Origin: an uncultured Gluconobacter sp.
GTDB taxonomy: Bacteria; Pseudomonadota; Alphaproteobacteria; Acetobacterales; Acetobacteraceae
DNA length: 64,000 nucleotides
Assembly: GCA_937880175.1 (NCBI GenBank)
Contig: CALFLO010000176.1
Span: forward strand, 4,177 to 68,176
Direction of reading: 5' to 3'
Below are positions 44,470 through 55,299 of this stretch, one piece after another. How positions within the stretch are numbered: position 1 is the first letter of the stretch; each line of letters starts with the position of its first letter. Position numbers and translations under genes: made by a program. The notes below the pieces were generated by a model that did not search any database, had not been told where the DNA came from, and saw only the letters and a program-made list of their open reading frames with translations.

Positions 44470-45780
44470 ATGAACGCTGTCTCCAGCACGCAGAGCGCAA
44501 TCCAGTCGGGTTCGCGCTGGACGATCGCTGACGCGATGAAGATTCATACCGATGATCCGACGACGACCATGCCGGTCATCGACTATGCGTTTCCGGTCAT
44601 CGATTCCGACGTCTGGCAGTGGGACACCTGGCTCCTGCGCGACATTCACGGCAAGACCGTCACCTTCAAGGGCTGGTATGTCATGTTCGCCCTGGTGGCC
44701 GATCGTGCCGCAACGGGCGATACGGTCGAGGGCTGGCACAGCCGCAACAACTATTCCTATATCGGCTACTACTACAGCCGCACCGGCAATGGCGCGGACT
44801 GGAAGTTCGGCGGCCGTGTCATCAAGGAAGGCGCCAATTCCCGCAGCTGGGAATGGTCCGGCTGCGCGGTCATGCGCGAGAACAGCGCCAACACGGTCGA
44901 TCTGTTCTACACGTCCGTCAACGATACCCCGTCCGAATCCGTTCCGTCCTACACGACGGGCCAGGTTATGGCAGATGCGACCGGCGTGTGGTTTGAAGGT
45001 TTCGATGTCTGCACGGACATGTTCCAGGCGGACGGCGTGAATTACGCCAATATCGTCGAAGACGCCTACTGGGACTTCCGCGATCCGCACATCTTCCGCA
45101 ACCCGGACGACAACGAAATCTATGCCCTGTTTGAAGGCAATGTTCCGGGCATGCGTGGTGACTTCACCATTGATTCCGACGAGATGGGCCTCGTGCCGCC
45201 TGCCACGACCGTCCCGGCCGGTGCGCAGTATGGTGCCGCCGCCATCGGCATTGCCCGCCTGACATCCGACGCCAAGAAAGGCGATTTCTCGCAGTGGGAA
45301 ATGCTGCCCGCCCTGGTGACGGCTCTGGGCGTGAATGACCAGACGGAGCGCCCGCATGTCGTGTTCCAGGACGGTCTGACCTACCTGTTCACGATCTCCC
45401 ATCACTCCACCTTCACCGGCAACAGCACGGGTCCGGATGGTGTGTATGGCTTCGTCTCGCGCAACGGCATCTTTGGTCCGTACACCCCGCTGAACGGATC
45501 AGGCCTTGTGCTTGGTAATCCGTCTTCGGCTCCGTACGAAACCTACTCGCACTTCGTCGATCCCGCCGGTTACGTGCAGTCCTTCATCGACACCCTGCCA
45601 CAGCCGGGTTCGGCTGACCCGCAGGATCCGGCGACCTATCGCATCGGCGGCACGCTCGCGCCGACCGTGAAGATCGTTCTCGAAGGTGAGCGGACCTTCC
45701 TGACAGAAGTTCACGCCTATGGTCAGGTCTACGCCCAGGGCGTCTGGCCGATCTCATCGACCTGGGACAAGCGTTCCTGA
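44470..45780 (+). CDS. levansucrase (glycoside hydrolase family 68)
   Basis: GH68 catalytic motifs WQWDTWLL, FRDPHIF and NDQTERPH. There is no N-terminal signal peptide, as in other Gram-negative levansucrases. Confidence 0.93.
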   Translation: MNAVSSTQSAIQSGSRWTIADAMKIHTDDPTTTMPVIDYAFPVIDSDVWQWDTWLLRDIHGKTVTFKGWYVMFALVADRAATGDTVEGWHSRNNYSYIGYYYSRTGNGADWKFGGRVIKEGANSRSWEWSGCAVMRENSANTVDLFYTSVNDTPSESVPSYTTGQVMADATGVWFEGFDVCTDMFQADGVNYANIVEDAYWDFRDPHIFRNPDDNEIYALFEGNVPGMRGDFTIDSDEMGLVPPATTVPAGAQYGAAAIGIARLTSDAKKGDFSQWEMLPALVTALGVNDQTERPHVVFQDGLTYLFTISHHSTFTGNSTGPDGVYGFVSRNGIFGPYTPLNGSGLVLGNPSSAPYETYSHFVDPAGYVQSFIDTLPQPGSADPQDPATYRIGGTLAPTVKIVLEGERTFLTEVHAYGQVYAQGVWPISSTWDKRS

Positions 45781-45788
45781 AGCCGTTT

Positions 45789-45819
45789 TGCCCTCTCCCG
45801 AAAGGGGGAGGGCATTTTT
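45789..45819 (+). terminator. intrinsic terminator of the levansucrase gene
   Basis: TGCCCTCTCCC-gaaa-GGGGGAGGGCA followed by T5. Confidence 0.7.
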
Positions 45820-45894
45820 CTGCGTTTCAGGCGCAGAAATGCGCTGGCCACTGGCCACAAAACTGTATCAACGATTTCTGGAAAAATTATCGGC

Positions 45895-45971
45895 TGGTCG
45901 GAGTGAGAGGATTCGAACCTCCGGCCCCTGCGTCCCGAACACAGTGCTCTACCAGGCTGAGCTACACTCCG
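45895..45971 (-). tRNA. tRNA-Pro (anticodon CGG)
   Basis: Minus-strand cloverleaf: acceptor CGGAGTG/CACTCCG, anticodon arm CTGTG-TTCGGGA-CGCAG, T arm GGAGG-TTCGAAT-CCTCT, and an encoded CCA. Confidence 0.95.
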
Positions 45972-46031
45972 GCCGACGGCGCTTCTCCTACAGGGGTTAA
46001 CGCTTTCCTGCAAGAGGGCCGGGGCGAAAAA

Positions 46032-46739
46032 TCAGAGAATGAGTGCCGTTCGGGTGATATCCCGCCAGGACCACAGAACGGCGCGGGCCTGCCCCTGAAT
46101 GTTCCAGACCGGCAGAAGGCCAACGCCGCCATCTGTGACACTGACCCGCGAGTCGGCAGAGTTGTCGCGATTGTCCCCCATGACGAACAGATGGCCTTCG
46201 GGAACGGTAAAAGGTGCAATGTTATCCAGACCTCCGTCCTGCGAGATTTTGAGGATGTCGTGATGCACATTCCCCGGCAGGGTCTCGTTGTAGCGTTCCG
46301 CCGGGAGCCAGACGCCTCTGTGGCTTTCCTCGCGGGTGGGCCCCATGTCTTTCCACGGCAGTTCCGCTCCGTTCAGGACGATATGTCCGTGGACGAGCGC
46401 GATCCGGTCGCCAGGAAGGCCGATGACGCGCTTGATCCAGGTCTGGCGCAGATTGGCAGGCGCCCGGAACACGACGACGTCTCCGCGACGGGGCAGATGC
46501 CCGAAAAGACGTCCTCCGCTGCTGTCATGCGGCGTCAGGGCATGACCGAAGGGCAGGTTGGCCGTGCTGAGGCCATAGCTGGGCACAACAACGCCGATCT
46601 GGTCCCCGATCATCAGCGTGGGCTCCATCGAAGCCGAGGGCACGATGTAAGCCGCCGCAAAGGTGCTGTGAATGGTGAGGGCGCCCAGAAGGATGGGCAG
46701 GCAGGACAGGATGTCCCGGATGAACTTGCGCAGGGTCAT
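46032..46739 (-). CDS. lepB: signal peptidase I
   Basis: N-terminal TM segment, catalytic Ser box PSASMEPTL, Lys box KRVIGLPGD, and GDNRDNSADSR. Confidence 0.9.
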   Translation of the reverse strand: MTLRKFIRDILSCLPILLGALTIHSTFAAAYIVPSASMEPTLMIGDQIGVVVPSYGLSTANLPFGHALTPHDSSGGRLFGHLPRRGDVVVFRAPANLRQTWIKRVIGLPGDRIALVHGHIVLNGAELPWKDMGPTREESHRGVWLPAERYNETLPGNVHHDILKISQDGGLDNIAPFTVPEGHLFVMGDNRDNSADSRVSVTDGGVGLLPVWNIQGQARAVLWSWRDITRTALIL

Positions 46740-46816
46740 GGTGAGGGTCTCCGTGGCGTGAAGGGTGCCTCATGGGGCTCACAGAGCCAGTTAAACCTGC
46801 GTCAGGTCCTGTCATG

Positions 46817-46852
46817 AAAAAAGGGGCGTCCCGTCATGGGGCACCCCTTTTT
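46817..46852 (-). terminator. intrinsic (palindromic, possibly bidirectional) terminator after etfA
   Basis: AAAAAAGGGGCGTCCCGTCATGGGGCACCCCTTTTT, with U-runs on both strands. Confidence 0.6.
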
Positions 46853-46874
46853 GTCGTTTCAGCGAAAGAGCGCC

Positions 46875-47780
46875 TTACAGCGCCTTTTCGAGTGCCGGCA
46901 GGATTTCGAACAGATCGCCCACGATGCCGTAATCGGCGACCTTGAAGATCGGTGCTTCCGGATCGGTGTTGATCGCCACGATGACGCGGCTGTCCTTCAT
47001 GCCGGCCAGATGCTGGATCGCACCCGACAGGCCCACGGCGATATAGAGTTCCGGCGCCACGATCTTGCCGGTCTGGCCGACCTGCATCTCGTTCGGGGCA
47101 AAACCGGAATCCACGGCCGCACGCGAGGCACCGATGGCGGCGTTCAGCTTGTCGGCGATGGGTTCGAGCAGCTTGAAGTTTGCAGCGTCCTTCATGCCCT
47201 TGCCACCGGAAATCACCACGCGGGCAGATTCCAGTTCCGGACGGTCGGAGGCCGAAAGCTCGACCTTCACGAAGACGGACTTCTCGCTGGCCGGAGCCTC
47301 GACCGTCTCGATCGCAGCAGAGCCACCTTCAGCAGCAACCGGATCGAAATTGGAGCCGCGGATCGTCAGCACCTTGATGCTGTCAGCGGAACGGACCGTT
47401 GCCAGCGCGTTACCGGCATAGATCGGACGCACGAAGGTGTCGGCATCCTTGATCTCGACCACATCGGGGATGGGCTGCACGTCCAGCAGGCCCGCCAGAC
47501 GCGGCAGGATGTTCTTGCCGGTGGCGGAGGCTGCGGCCACGATGTGGCTGTAGTCCTTTGCGCGAGCGGCCAGAAGATCGGCAGCGGGTTCGGCCAGATC
47601 GTTGACCAGACCCGGCACGCTGAGAACGCGCGTCACACCCGGCAGGGTGGCAGCGGCCTGTGCGCCGTCTCCGAACACGATGGCATCGACGGCACCGAAG
47701 CGCGAGGCCGCGGCAACAGCCGAACGGGAAGCCTGACGGACCGCGCCGTTCTCGACTTCAACCAGAACAAGAGCGGTCAT
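46875..47780 (-). CDS. etfA: electron transfer flavoprotein alpha subunit
   Basis: 301 aa. FAD-binding C-terminal motif [19 protein letters not shown]. Its ATG shares one base with the etfB stop (TGATG). Confidence 0.93.
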   Translation of the reverse strand: MTALVLVEVENGAVRQASRSAVAAASRFGAVDAIVFGDGAQAAATLPGVTRVLSVPGLVNDLAEPAADLLAARAKDYSHIVAAASATGKNILPRLAGLLDVQPIPDVVEIKDADTFVRPIYAGNALATVRSADSIKVLTIRGSNFDPVAAEGGSAAIETVEAPASEKSVFVKVELSASDRPELESARVVISGGKGMKDAANFKLLEPIADKLNAAIGASRAAVDSGFAPNEMQVGQTGKIVAPELYIAVGLSGAIQHLAGMKDSRVIVAINTDPEAPIFKVADYGIVGDLFEILPALEKAL

Positions 47781-48529
47781 CAGATCACCTTCGCTTCTGT
47801 CTTGAGCTTCTCGACCAGTTCGGCCGCGCTGTTCACTTTCACGCCTTCCTTGCGCTCCAGCGGTTCGGCCACGGAGACCACCGTCAGGCGCGACGCCGTA
47901 TCGACGCCCAGGCTGTCGATCTCGACCGTCTCAAGCGGCTTCTTGCGGGCCTTCATGATGTTCGGTAGCGACGCATAGCGCGGCTCGTTGAGGCGCAGAT
48001 CCGCCGTCACCACGGCCGGGAGCGTGAGGGACACGACTTCCGTGCCGCCATCGATCTCGCGGGCGACTTCGATACGACCATCGGCAACCGTCACCGCACT
48101 GGCGAACGTCCCCTGCGGCCAGCCAAGCTTGGCGGCCAGGATCTGGCCCGTGGCGTTCATGTCGTCGTCGATCGCCTGCTTGCCCATGCAGATCAGACCG
48201 GCCTCCTCGCGCGTGGCGATGGCCTTGAGCACGTTGGCCACAGCGCGCGGCTCAAGCGTGTCGTCCGTGCGCACGAGAATGGCGCGGTCCGCACCCATGG
48301 CCATGGCCGTGCGCAAAACGTCCTGCGCGGCCTGTGCGCCGATGGTCACGACCACAACTTCCTTTGCGGCACCCTTTTCACGAAGGCGCACTGCTTCCTC
48401 GACTGCGATTTCGTCGAACGGATTCATGGACATTTTCACGCCCTGCGTTTCGACACCGCTGCCATCGGCCGCTACACGTACCTTGACGTTGTAATCGACC
48501 ACCCGTTTGACTGGGACCAGAACTTTCAT
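47780..48529 (-). CDS. etfB: electron transfer flavoprotein beta subunit
   Basis: [19 protein letters not shown] is the canonical start. The track ORF begins 10 codons upstream, at 48559. Confidence 0.93.
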   Translation of the reverse strand: MKVLVPVKRVVDYNVKVRVAADGSGVETQGVKMSMNPFDEIAVEEAVRLREKGAAKEVVVVTIGAQAAQDVLRTAMAMGADRAILVRTDDTLEPRAVANVLKAIATREEAGLICMGKQAIDDDMNATGQILAAKLGWPQGTFASAVTVADGRIEVAREIDGGTEVVSLTLPAVVTADLRLNEPRYASLPNIMKARKKPLETVEIDSLGVDTASRLTVVSVAEPLERKEGVKVNSAAELVEKLKTEAKVI

Positions 48530-48635
48530 CGTCATCTTTCGCTGCTGTCGCCGCCACAAAAACGGGCGTCACCGTAGCGGGACTGCCCGGAAAAGTCACA
48601 TCCCGCTCCGGATGATCCCGTCTGCGGGAAGAAAT

Positions 48636-50276
48636 TCACATCCCGACGGGATAGTTCGGACCGCCGCCACCTTCAGGCGTGCACCAGTCGATGTTCTGCG
48701 TCGGATCCTTGATGTCGCAGGTCTTGCAGTGCACGCAGTTCTGGGCGTTGATCCGGAGCTGCCAGGCATTGTCGCCCGTCTGTTCCTGCTCATACACCCC
48801 GGCCGGGCAGTAGCGGCTTTCCGGCGAATCGAACACGTCATGATTGACGGTGCGCCAGATCGCCTCGTTGCGCAGCTTGAGGTGAACCGGCTGGTTTTCC
48901 TCGTGATTCGTTCCGCTCAGAAAGACCGAGCTGACGCGATCGAAGGTGATCTTCCCGTCCGGCTTGGGATACTCGATTTTCGTGCACAGCGAGGCCGGAC
49001 GAAGCGTCTCGTTATCGGCATGCGGGTGATGCAGCGTCCAGGGCGCACGGCCGCGCAGGATCATGCTGTCGATCCCGGCATAGATCGCGCCGAGCTTCAT
49101 GCCCCATTTGGCGAAAGCCGGGCGGATGTTGCGGACGTCGCGCAGTTCGGACCACAGCCAGGACTGACGGACGCGCGCCGTCATGCTGGCGGCTTCCTTC
49201 TTGTCCTTTTCTAGAGCCTCGACCACGGCTTCAGCCGCAATCATGCCGGACTTCATGGCCGTATGCGTGCCCTTGATCTTGGGTACGTTCAGGAAGCCCG
49301 CGGAATCACCCGCCAGCACACCACCCGGGAAGGTTAGGCGCGGAATGGACTGAAACCCACCCTCAGACAGCGCACGCGCGCCGTAAATCAGGCGCTTGCC
49401 GCCCTCGAAATGTTCCCGGAACGCCGGGTGCAGCTTCGTGCGCTGCATTTCCTCGAAAGGCGACAGATAGGTGTTGACGTAATCGAGGCCGGTCACGAAG
49501 CCGAAGCTGACCAGATTTTCCCCGAAATGATAAAGCCACGCCCCGCCATAGGTGTGATCGTCGAGCGGCCAGCCGAAGCTGTGCTGTACGAGGCCGGGGC
49601 GATGCTTTTCCGCCGGGATTTCCCAGACTTCCTTGACGCCGAGACCATAGGTCTGCGGATCGACGCCCTTGCGCAGGCCGAAACGCTTCATGGCGTGGCC
49701 CGTGAGGGAGCCGCGTGCGCCCTCGGTCAGGATGGTCTGCTTCGCGCGCAGGATCATGCCGGGCGTGAAGTTCGGCCCATGCTCGCCGTTGCGCTCGATG
49801 CCCATGTCGCCCGTAATCACACCGGCAACACGGTCGTTCTCGATGAACAGTTCCGCGCCCGAAAAGCCCGGATAGATTTCCACGCCCAGAGCCTCGGCCT
49901 GCTCGCCGAGCCAGCGGCAGACTTCCCCGAGCGAGACGACATAGTTCCCGTGATTGGCCATCTGCGGCATCACGCGGTCCAGATACGGAACCTCGAAAGA
50001 ACGCGTTTCGGTCAGGAACAGCATCCGCTCTTCCGTCACCTGCGTGCGCAGCGGGGCATCCAGATCGCGCCAGTTCGGCAGAAGCTCGTCGAGCGTGCGC
50101 GGCTCGATGACGGCACCCGAGACGATATGGGCGCCGATCTCGCTGCCCTTTTCGATCAGGCAGACGCCCGCATCCGGCATCAGCTGTTTCAGGCGGATCG
50201 CGGCGGACAGGCCGGCGGGACCGCCACCGACCACCACGACATCGAATTCCATTTCTTCGCGTTCGATCTGGGTCAT
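48636..50276 (-). CDS. electron transfer flavoprotein-ubiquinone oxidoreductase
   Basis: 546 aa. FAD fold VVVVGGGPAGLSAA and a C-terminal 4Fe-4S motif CVHCKTCDIKDP. Confidence 0.93.
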   Translation of the reverse strand: MTQIEREEMEFDVVVVGGGPAGLSAAIRLKQLMPDAGVCLIEKGSEIGAHIVSGAVIEPRTLDELLPNWRDLDAPLRTQVTEERMLFLTETRSFEVPYLDRVMPQMANHGNYVVSLGEVCRWLGEQAEALGVEIYPGFSGAELFIENDRVAGVITGDMGIERNGEHGPNFTPGMILRAKQTILTEGARGSLTGHAMKRFGLRKGVDPQTYGLGVKEVWEIPAEKHRPGLVQHSFGWPLDDHTYGGAWLYHFGENLVSFGFVTGLDYVNTYLSPFEEMQRTKLHPAFREHFEGGKRLIYGARALSEGGFQSIPRLTFPGGVLAGDSAGFLNVPKIKGTHTAMKSGMIAAEAVVEALEKDKKEAASMTARVRQSWLWSELRDVRNIRPAFAKWGMKLGAIYAGIDSMILRGRAPWTLHHPHADNETLRPASLCTKIEYPKPDGKITFDRVSSVFLSGTNHEENQPVHLKLRNEAIWRTVNHDVFDSPESRYCPAGVYEQEQTGDNAWQLRINAQNCVHCKTCDIKDPTQNIDWCTPEGGGGPNYPVGM

Positions 50277-50314
50277 GATGTCAGGAAACTCGCTGAATAA
50301 CTGAGATAAGGGTT

Positions 50315-51010
50315 TCAGGGGCGGCGCGTGAAAGTCCAGTAGAACGGCACGCGCCCTTCGCGGAAGGCCTTGGCCTCGTAGCGCGTGGGCGACCAGCCTT
50401 CGGGACGTTCCTTGGCCGGGGGCGGCGCATCGAACAGGTCCTGCTTGCCCATCACGTCCATGACCCAGTCCTGATAGACGGGATGGTCACTGGCGACGCG
50501 CCAGATGGCGCCGGGTTTCAGGACGCGGTGCATCTGCTTGATGTTTTCCGGATGCACGAAGCGGCGCTTGGCGTGCCGGGCCTTGGGCCACGGGTCCGGG
50601 AACATCAGATACGCCCGGTCCAGACATGCGTCAGGCATGTCCTTGAGCAGCAGGCGGGCATCTTCGGCCCAGATGCGGAAATGGGGAGGCGGCGTGGCCG
50701 TGTCTTCCTCACCTTCGGGCACGAGGCGCGAAAGCAGGGAGCACAGGCCGTTCTCGAAGACCTCGGAGGCGATATAGCCGACATCCGGGTTCAGTTCGGA
50801 CTGGCCGATGGCATGTTCGCCGCCGCCAAAACCGATTTCGAGAAAGACGCGCGACACCGCACCGGAGAATCCCGCAGCGGGATTTTCCGGTGAGGTAAAG
50901 GAAAGCCGGGGCAGCGCCTTCTCAAGAAGATGCTGCTGCCGGGCCCGGAGCGGATGGCCGCGTTGACGGCCGTAAAGCCGCTCCGGCTGGGGTTTGAGAG
51001 ACTCGACCAG
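50315..51010 (-). CDS. trmB: tRNA (guanine46-N7)-methyltransferase
   Basis: SAM-methyltransferase core FLEIGFGGGEH...MFPDPWPK. The conserved N-terminal segment RLYGRQRGHPLRARQQHLLEKALPRL lies upstream of the track start (GTG 50857). No ATG, GTG or TTG precedes it, so I placed the start at CTG 51010 provisionally. Confidence 0.75.
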   Translation of the reverse strand: MVESLKPQPERLYGRQRGHPLRARQQHLLEKALPRLSFTSPENPAAGFSGAVSRVFLEIGFGGGEHAIGQSELNPDVGYIASEVFENGLCSLLSRLVPEGEEDTATPPPHFRIWAEDARLLLKDMPDACLDRAYLMFPDPWPKARHAKRRFVHPENIKQMHRVLKPGAIWRVASDHPVYQDWVMDVMGKQDLFDAPPPAKERPEGWSPTRYEAKAFREGRVPFYWTFTRRP

Positions 51011-51025
51011 GGGTTTTCTGCCAGA

Positions 51026-52210
<1,185 letters not shown>

Positions 52211-52513
52211 TCAGGGACCTCGCAGGGAATGAGTGGTGAGAAGGGCCACAGCGTGCCTTGGCAGGCGGACTGTGGCATTCAGGGAGGGGACGGCTTGGCG
52301 GAATTGGGCGCAAGGGTCAAGGGGTAGTAAAGGGTCTGAACGCGGTTTTCTGCGGGAAAGTCCCAAAAACCGGCCTCAGATCACAAAAAAGAGAGCGCAG
52401 CTGCCCGTTTCATTTTTCAACGACACCGTCCATGCTGCGTTCGTGTTCCCAGAACCATCGGTGCCCGCCATGAGGGTGCCCCCGGGAAAAACAGAGAGTT
52501 TGAGGCATTCGCG

Positions 52514-53302
52514 ATGTCGAATCAGTTTAGCGGTAAAGTTTGTCTGGTCACCGGCGCAGGTGGCAATATCGGTCTCGCGACCGCCCTCCGTCTGGCCGGG
52601 GAAGGGACGGCCATCGCCCTGCTGGACATGAACCGTGAGGCTCTGGAAAAGGCGGAAGCCGCCGTCCGGGCAAAGGGCGTCGAAGCCCGCTCTTATGTCT
52701 GCGACGTCACGTCCGAAGACGCCGTGACCGAAACCGTGGACGCCGTGGTCCGGGACTTCGGCAGGATCGACTTCCTGTTCAACAATGCCGGTTATCAGGG
52801 CGCCTTCGCCCCGGTGCAGGACTACCCGTCCGAGGATTTCGCGCGCGTGCTGACGATCAACGTCACCGGCGCGTTCCACGTCCTCAAGGCCGTCACGCGC
52901 CAGATGATCACGCAGAACTACGGTCGCGTCGTCAACACTGCCAGCATGGCCGGTGTGAAGGGGCCGCCGAACATGGCCGCCTACGGCGCGTCCAAGGGCG
53001 CCATCATCGCCCTGACCGAAACCGCCGCGCTCGATCTCGCCCCTTACAACATCCGCGTGAACGCCATCAGCCCCGGTTACATGGGCCCCGGCTTCATGTG
53101 GGAGCGTCAGGTCGAGCTTCAGGCCAAGGTCGGAAGCCAGTATTTCTCCACCGACCCCAAGGTGGTGTCCGAACAGATGATCGGTAGCGTCCCGATGCGC
53201 CGCTATGGCGACATCAATGAAATTCCCGGTGTGGTGGCGTTCCTGCTGGGGGATGATTCCAGCTTCATGACGGGTGTGAACCTGCCGATTGCTGGCGGTT
53301 GA
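52514..53302 (+). CDS. short-chain dehydrogenase/reductase (polyol/xylitol dehydrogenase-like)
   Basis: 262 aa. Motifs TGAGGNIG, NNAG and YGASKGA. Its size and N-terminus recall the Gluconobacter xylitol dehydrogenase type, but this is unverified. Confidence 0.88.
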   Translation: MSNQFSGKVCLVTGAGGNIGLATALRLAGEGTAIALLDMNREALEKAEAAVRAKGVEARSYVCDVTSEDAVTETVDAVVRDFGRIDFLFNNAGYQGAFAPVQDYPSEDFARVLTINVTGAFHVLKAVTRQMITQNYGRVVNTASMAGVKGPPNMAAYGASKGAIIALTETAALDLAPYNIRVNAISPGYMGPGFMWERQVELQAKVGSQYFSTDPKVVSEQMIGSVPMRRYGDINEIPGVVAFLLGDDSSFMTGVNLPIAGG

Positions 53303-53325
53303 TTTCTGAGGGGTAATTGGGAGAG

Positions 53326-53372
53326 TCCGGGCTCTGCCCGGGCCCGGCAGGGATCCTGATCCCTGCACCCTG
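53326..53372 (-). repeat. 47-nt REP-like palindromic intergenic element, copy 2 (inverted relative to copy 1)
   Basis: TCCGGGCTCTGCCCGGGCCCGGCAGGGATCCTGATCCCTGCACCCTG matches the reverse complement of 11860-11906 in 46 of 47 positions. TTTTT follows, so it probably terminates the SDR gene. Confidence 0.8.
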
Positions 53373-53379
53373 TTTTTGG

Positions 53380-54126
53380 TTAGCGTTTTAAGGCGTCGGC
53401 CATTGTGTAGAGGCCTGCCGGGCGTCCGGCTAACCATCTTGCGGCCAGTAGGGCGCCCCTTGCGAAGACCCTGCGGTCCAGTGCGCGGTGGGACAGGGTG
53501 ATCTGTTCGTCCGCGGCCATCAGAACGAGGTCATGTTCGCCTACGATCTGTCCGCCGCGCAGGGAGGCGAATCCGATCGCTCCATCAGGGCGCAGACCGT
53601 TCTGATCGGTCCGGGCTACGTCTTCCAGATTGACTCCACGCCCTTCCGCTACGGCCCTTCCGATCGCCAGCGCCGTGCCGGACGGCGCGTCCAGCTTCTG
53701 GCGGTGATGGACCTCAAGAATTTCCGCATCATAATCCGGCAGGCCCGCGCCAAGCTGCCGCGCCAGTTCCAGAAACAGCGTCAGGGCCGGTGAGAAATTG
53801 GCGGCCTGAAGGACAGGAATATGCTGCGCCGCTGCGTTCACGGCATCCTGCGCGCCCTGATCTAGCCCCGTCGTTCCCAGAACCCAGGCACATCCGGCCT
53901 GCGCGAAAGCTGCCGCATGGGCCGGGACCGTCGTGGCATGGCTGACATCGATCACCACATCGCAGCTTTTCGCGAGCGTGGCAGGATCGGTCGTGATGTT
54001 GTGCTGGATGTCTGCGGTGCGCGAAAGTCCGCCGACGAGGGCGGAACCGGCCTCTTCGGCACAGAGCGTTCCAAGCCGGCCCGTAATGCCGGCGATACCA
54101 ATGCGGGGTGTGGAAATCAGGGTCAT
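53380..54126 (-). CDS. dapB: 4-hydroxy-tetrahydrodipicolinate reductase
   Basis: 248 aa. Motifs IGIAGITGRLG, ILEVHHRQKLDAPSGTA and the family core. Confidence 0.9.
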   Translation of the reverse strand: MTLISTPRIGIAGITGRLGTLCAEEAGSALVGGLSRTADIQHNITTDPATLAKSCDVVIDVSHATTVPAHAAAFAQAGCAWVLGTTGLDQGAQDAVNAAAQHIPVLQAANFSPALTLFLELARQLGAGLPDYDAEILEVHHRQKLDAPSGTALAIGRAVAEGRGVNLEDVARTDQNGLRPDGAIGFASLRGGQIVGEHDLVLMAADEQITLSHRALDRRVFARGALLAARWLAGRPAGLYTMADALKR

Positions 54127-54150
54127 GGTCGGTCCATAAAAACGGAAAAA

Positions 54151-54588
54151 TCAGGTGTTGGCGTCAAGCCGGGCGTCAAAACGGGTGCGGGCCGCCTCGA
54201 TTTCGGGACGGTTGGACAGCGCCCACTGACCGAAGGCCTCCGTCAGCGTCCACAGCGATTCCCCGAGCGTCGTGAGTTCATAATCCACGCGCGGCGGAGT
54301 CGTCGGGGTGACGGTCCGCAGGACGAGGCCGTCACGTTCCAGATTGCGCAGGGTCAGGGTCAGCATCCGCTGTGAAATCCCGTCGATTGCACGGCGCAGC
54401 TCGCTGAAACGGTGCGGTCCGCGCCCGAGCGACTTGACGATCAGGATGCTCCACTTGTCCGTCGTGCGCGCAAGGATGGAGCGGATGACGGCGCAGGCAT
54501 CGCTGCTATGCGTGTCATCAGCCGGGGCCGCAGCCTGCACTGTGGCCAGCTTCGGGAGAGGGGCGGTTTCACTGACGCGAACATCCAT
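54151..54588 (-). CDS. HxlR-family winged-helix transcriptional regulator
   Basis: DKWSILIVKSLGRGPHRFSELRRAIDGISQRMLTLTLRNLERDGLV. It is divergent from azoR. Confidence 0.85.
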   Translation of the reverse strand: MDVRVSETAPLPKLATVQAAAPADDTHSSDACAVIRSILARTTDKWSILIVKSLGRGPHRFSELRRAIDGISQRMLTLTLRNLERDGLVLRTVTPTTPPRVDYELTTLGESLWTLTEAFGQWALSNRPEIEAARTRFDARLDANT

Positions 54589-54679
54589 GTGCCTATGGCT
54601 CCGGAATGTGCCTTCTTGCGGCGGGGTTCAAAGGTTCCTTATCTGGTGCTGGTTACGATCAGGAACCGGAAAGATCAAA

Positions 54680-55285
54680 ATGAAACTTCTTCACATCGAT
54701 TCCAGCATTCTCGGTGACAGCTCCGCCAGCCGTCAGGTCAGTGCCGCCGCTGTCGCCCAGTTCCGCAAGAAAGACCCGTCCGTCGAGGTCATTTACCTCG
54801 ATCTCGCCAGCGATCCGCTGCCGCATCTGGACGTTGAAGCGCTCTCATGGCTCGGCAAGGACCTGACGCCGGATGTCTCCGGCCGTCCCGAACTGATTGC
54901 TGGCGCAGAGGCCCTGAAGACCTTTCAGGCCGCTGATGTCGTTGTCATTGGCGTGCCGATGTACAATCTGTCGATTCCCAGCCAGCTCAAATCCTGGATC
55001 GACCGCATCATGGTGGCGGGCCAGACCTTCCGCTACGGCGCAAACGGGATCGAAGGCCTCGCCAAGGGCAAGAAAGTCGTGCTCGCCGTGGCCCGTGGTG
55101 GTCTGTATGGCGCAGGGTCGCCGGCCGCGTCCTTCGAGCATCAGCTCAGCTATCTGAAGTCCGTTTTCGCCATGATCGGCATTACGGACCTCACCGTGAT
55201 CGAAGCCGAGGGCCTCGCCACGAATGGTGGCGCTGACCGTGCCCGCATCCTGTCGGACGCGGAGCAGAAGGCCAGCGCGCTCTGA
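54680..55285 (+). CDS. azoR: FMN-dependent NADH-azoreductase
   Basis: 201 aa counted from MKLLHIDSSILGDSSASR, with a flavodoxin-like fold (VIGVPMYNLSIPSQLK). The track ORF starts far upstream, inside the HxlR gene. Confidence 0.9.
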   Translation: MKLLHIDSSILGDSSASRQVSAAAVAQFRKKDPSVEVIYLDLASDPLPHLDVEALSWLGKDLTPDVSGRPELIAGAEALKTFQAADVVVIGVPMYNLSIPSQLKSWIDRIMVAGQTFRYGANGIEGLAKGKKVVLAVARGGLYGAGSPAASFEHQLSYLKSVFAMIGITDLTVIEAEGLATNGGADRARILSDAEQKASAL

Positions 55286-55299
55286 TTTAGCCCCTCGGG

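Noticed and set aside
52211-52513. Possible SAM riboswitch (SAM-II or SAM/SAH type) in the 300-nt metK leader / divergent region
   Set aside because: I could not recognise the conserved SAM-II pseudoknot core or a SAM/SAH-like motif. There is only a generic 7-bp hairpin (GCCACAG...CTGTGGC). A covariance-model scan is needed before any claim.
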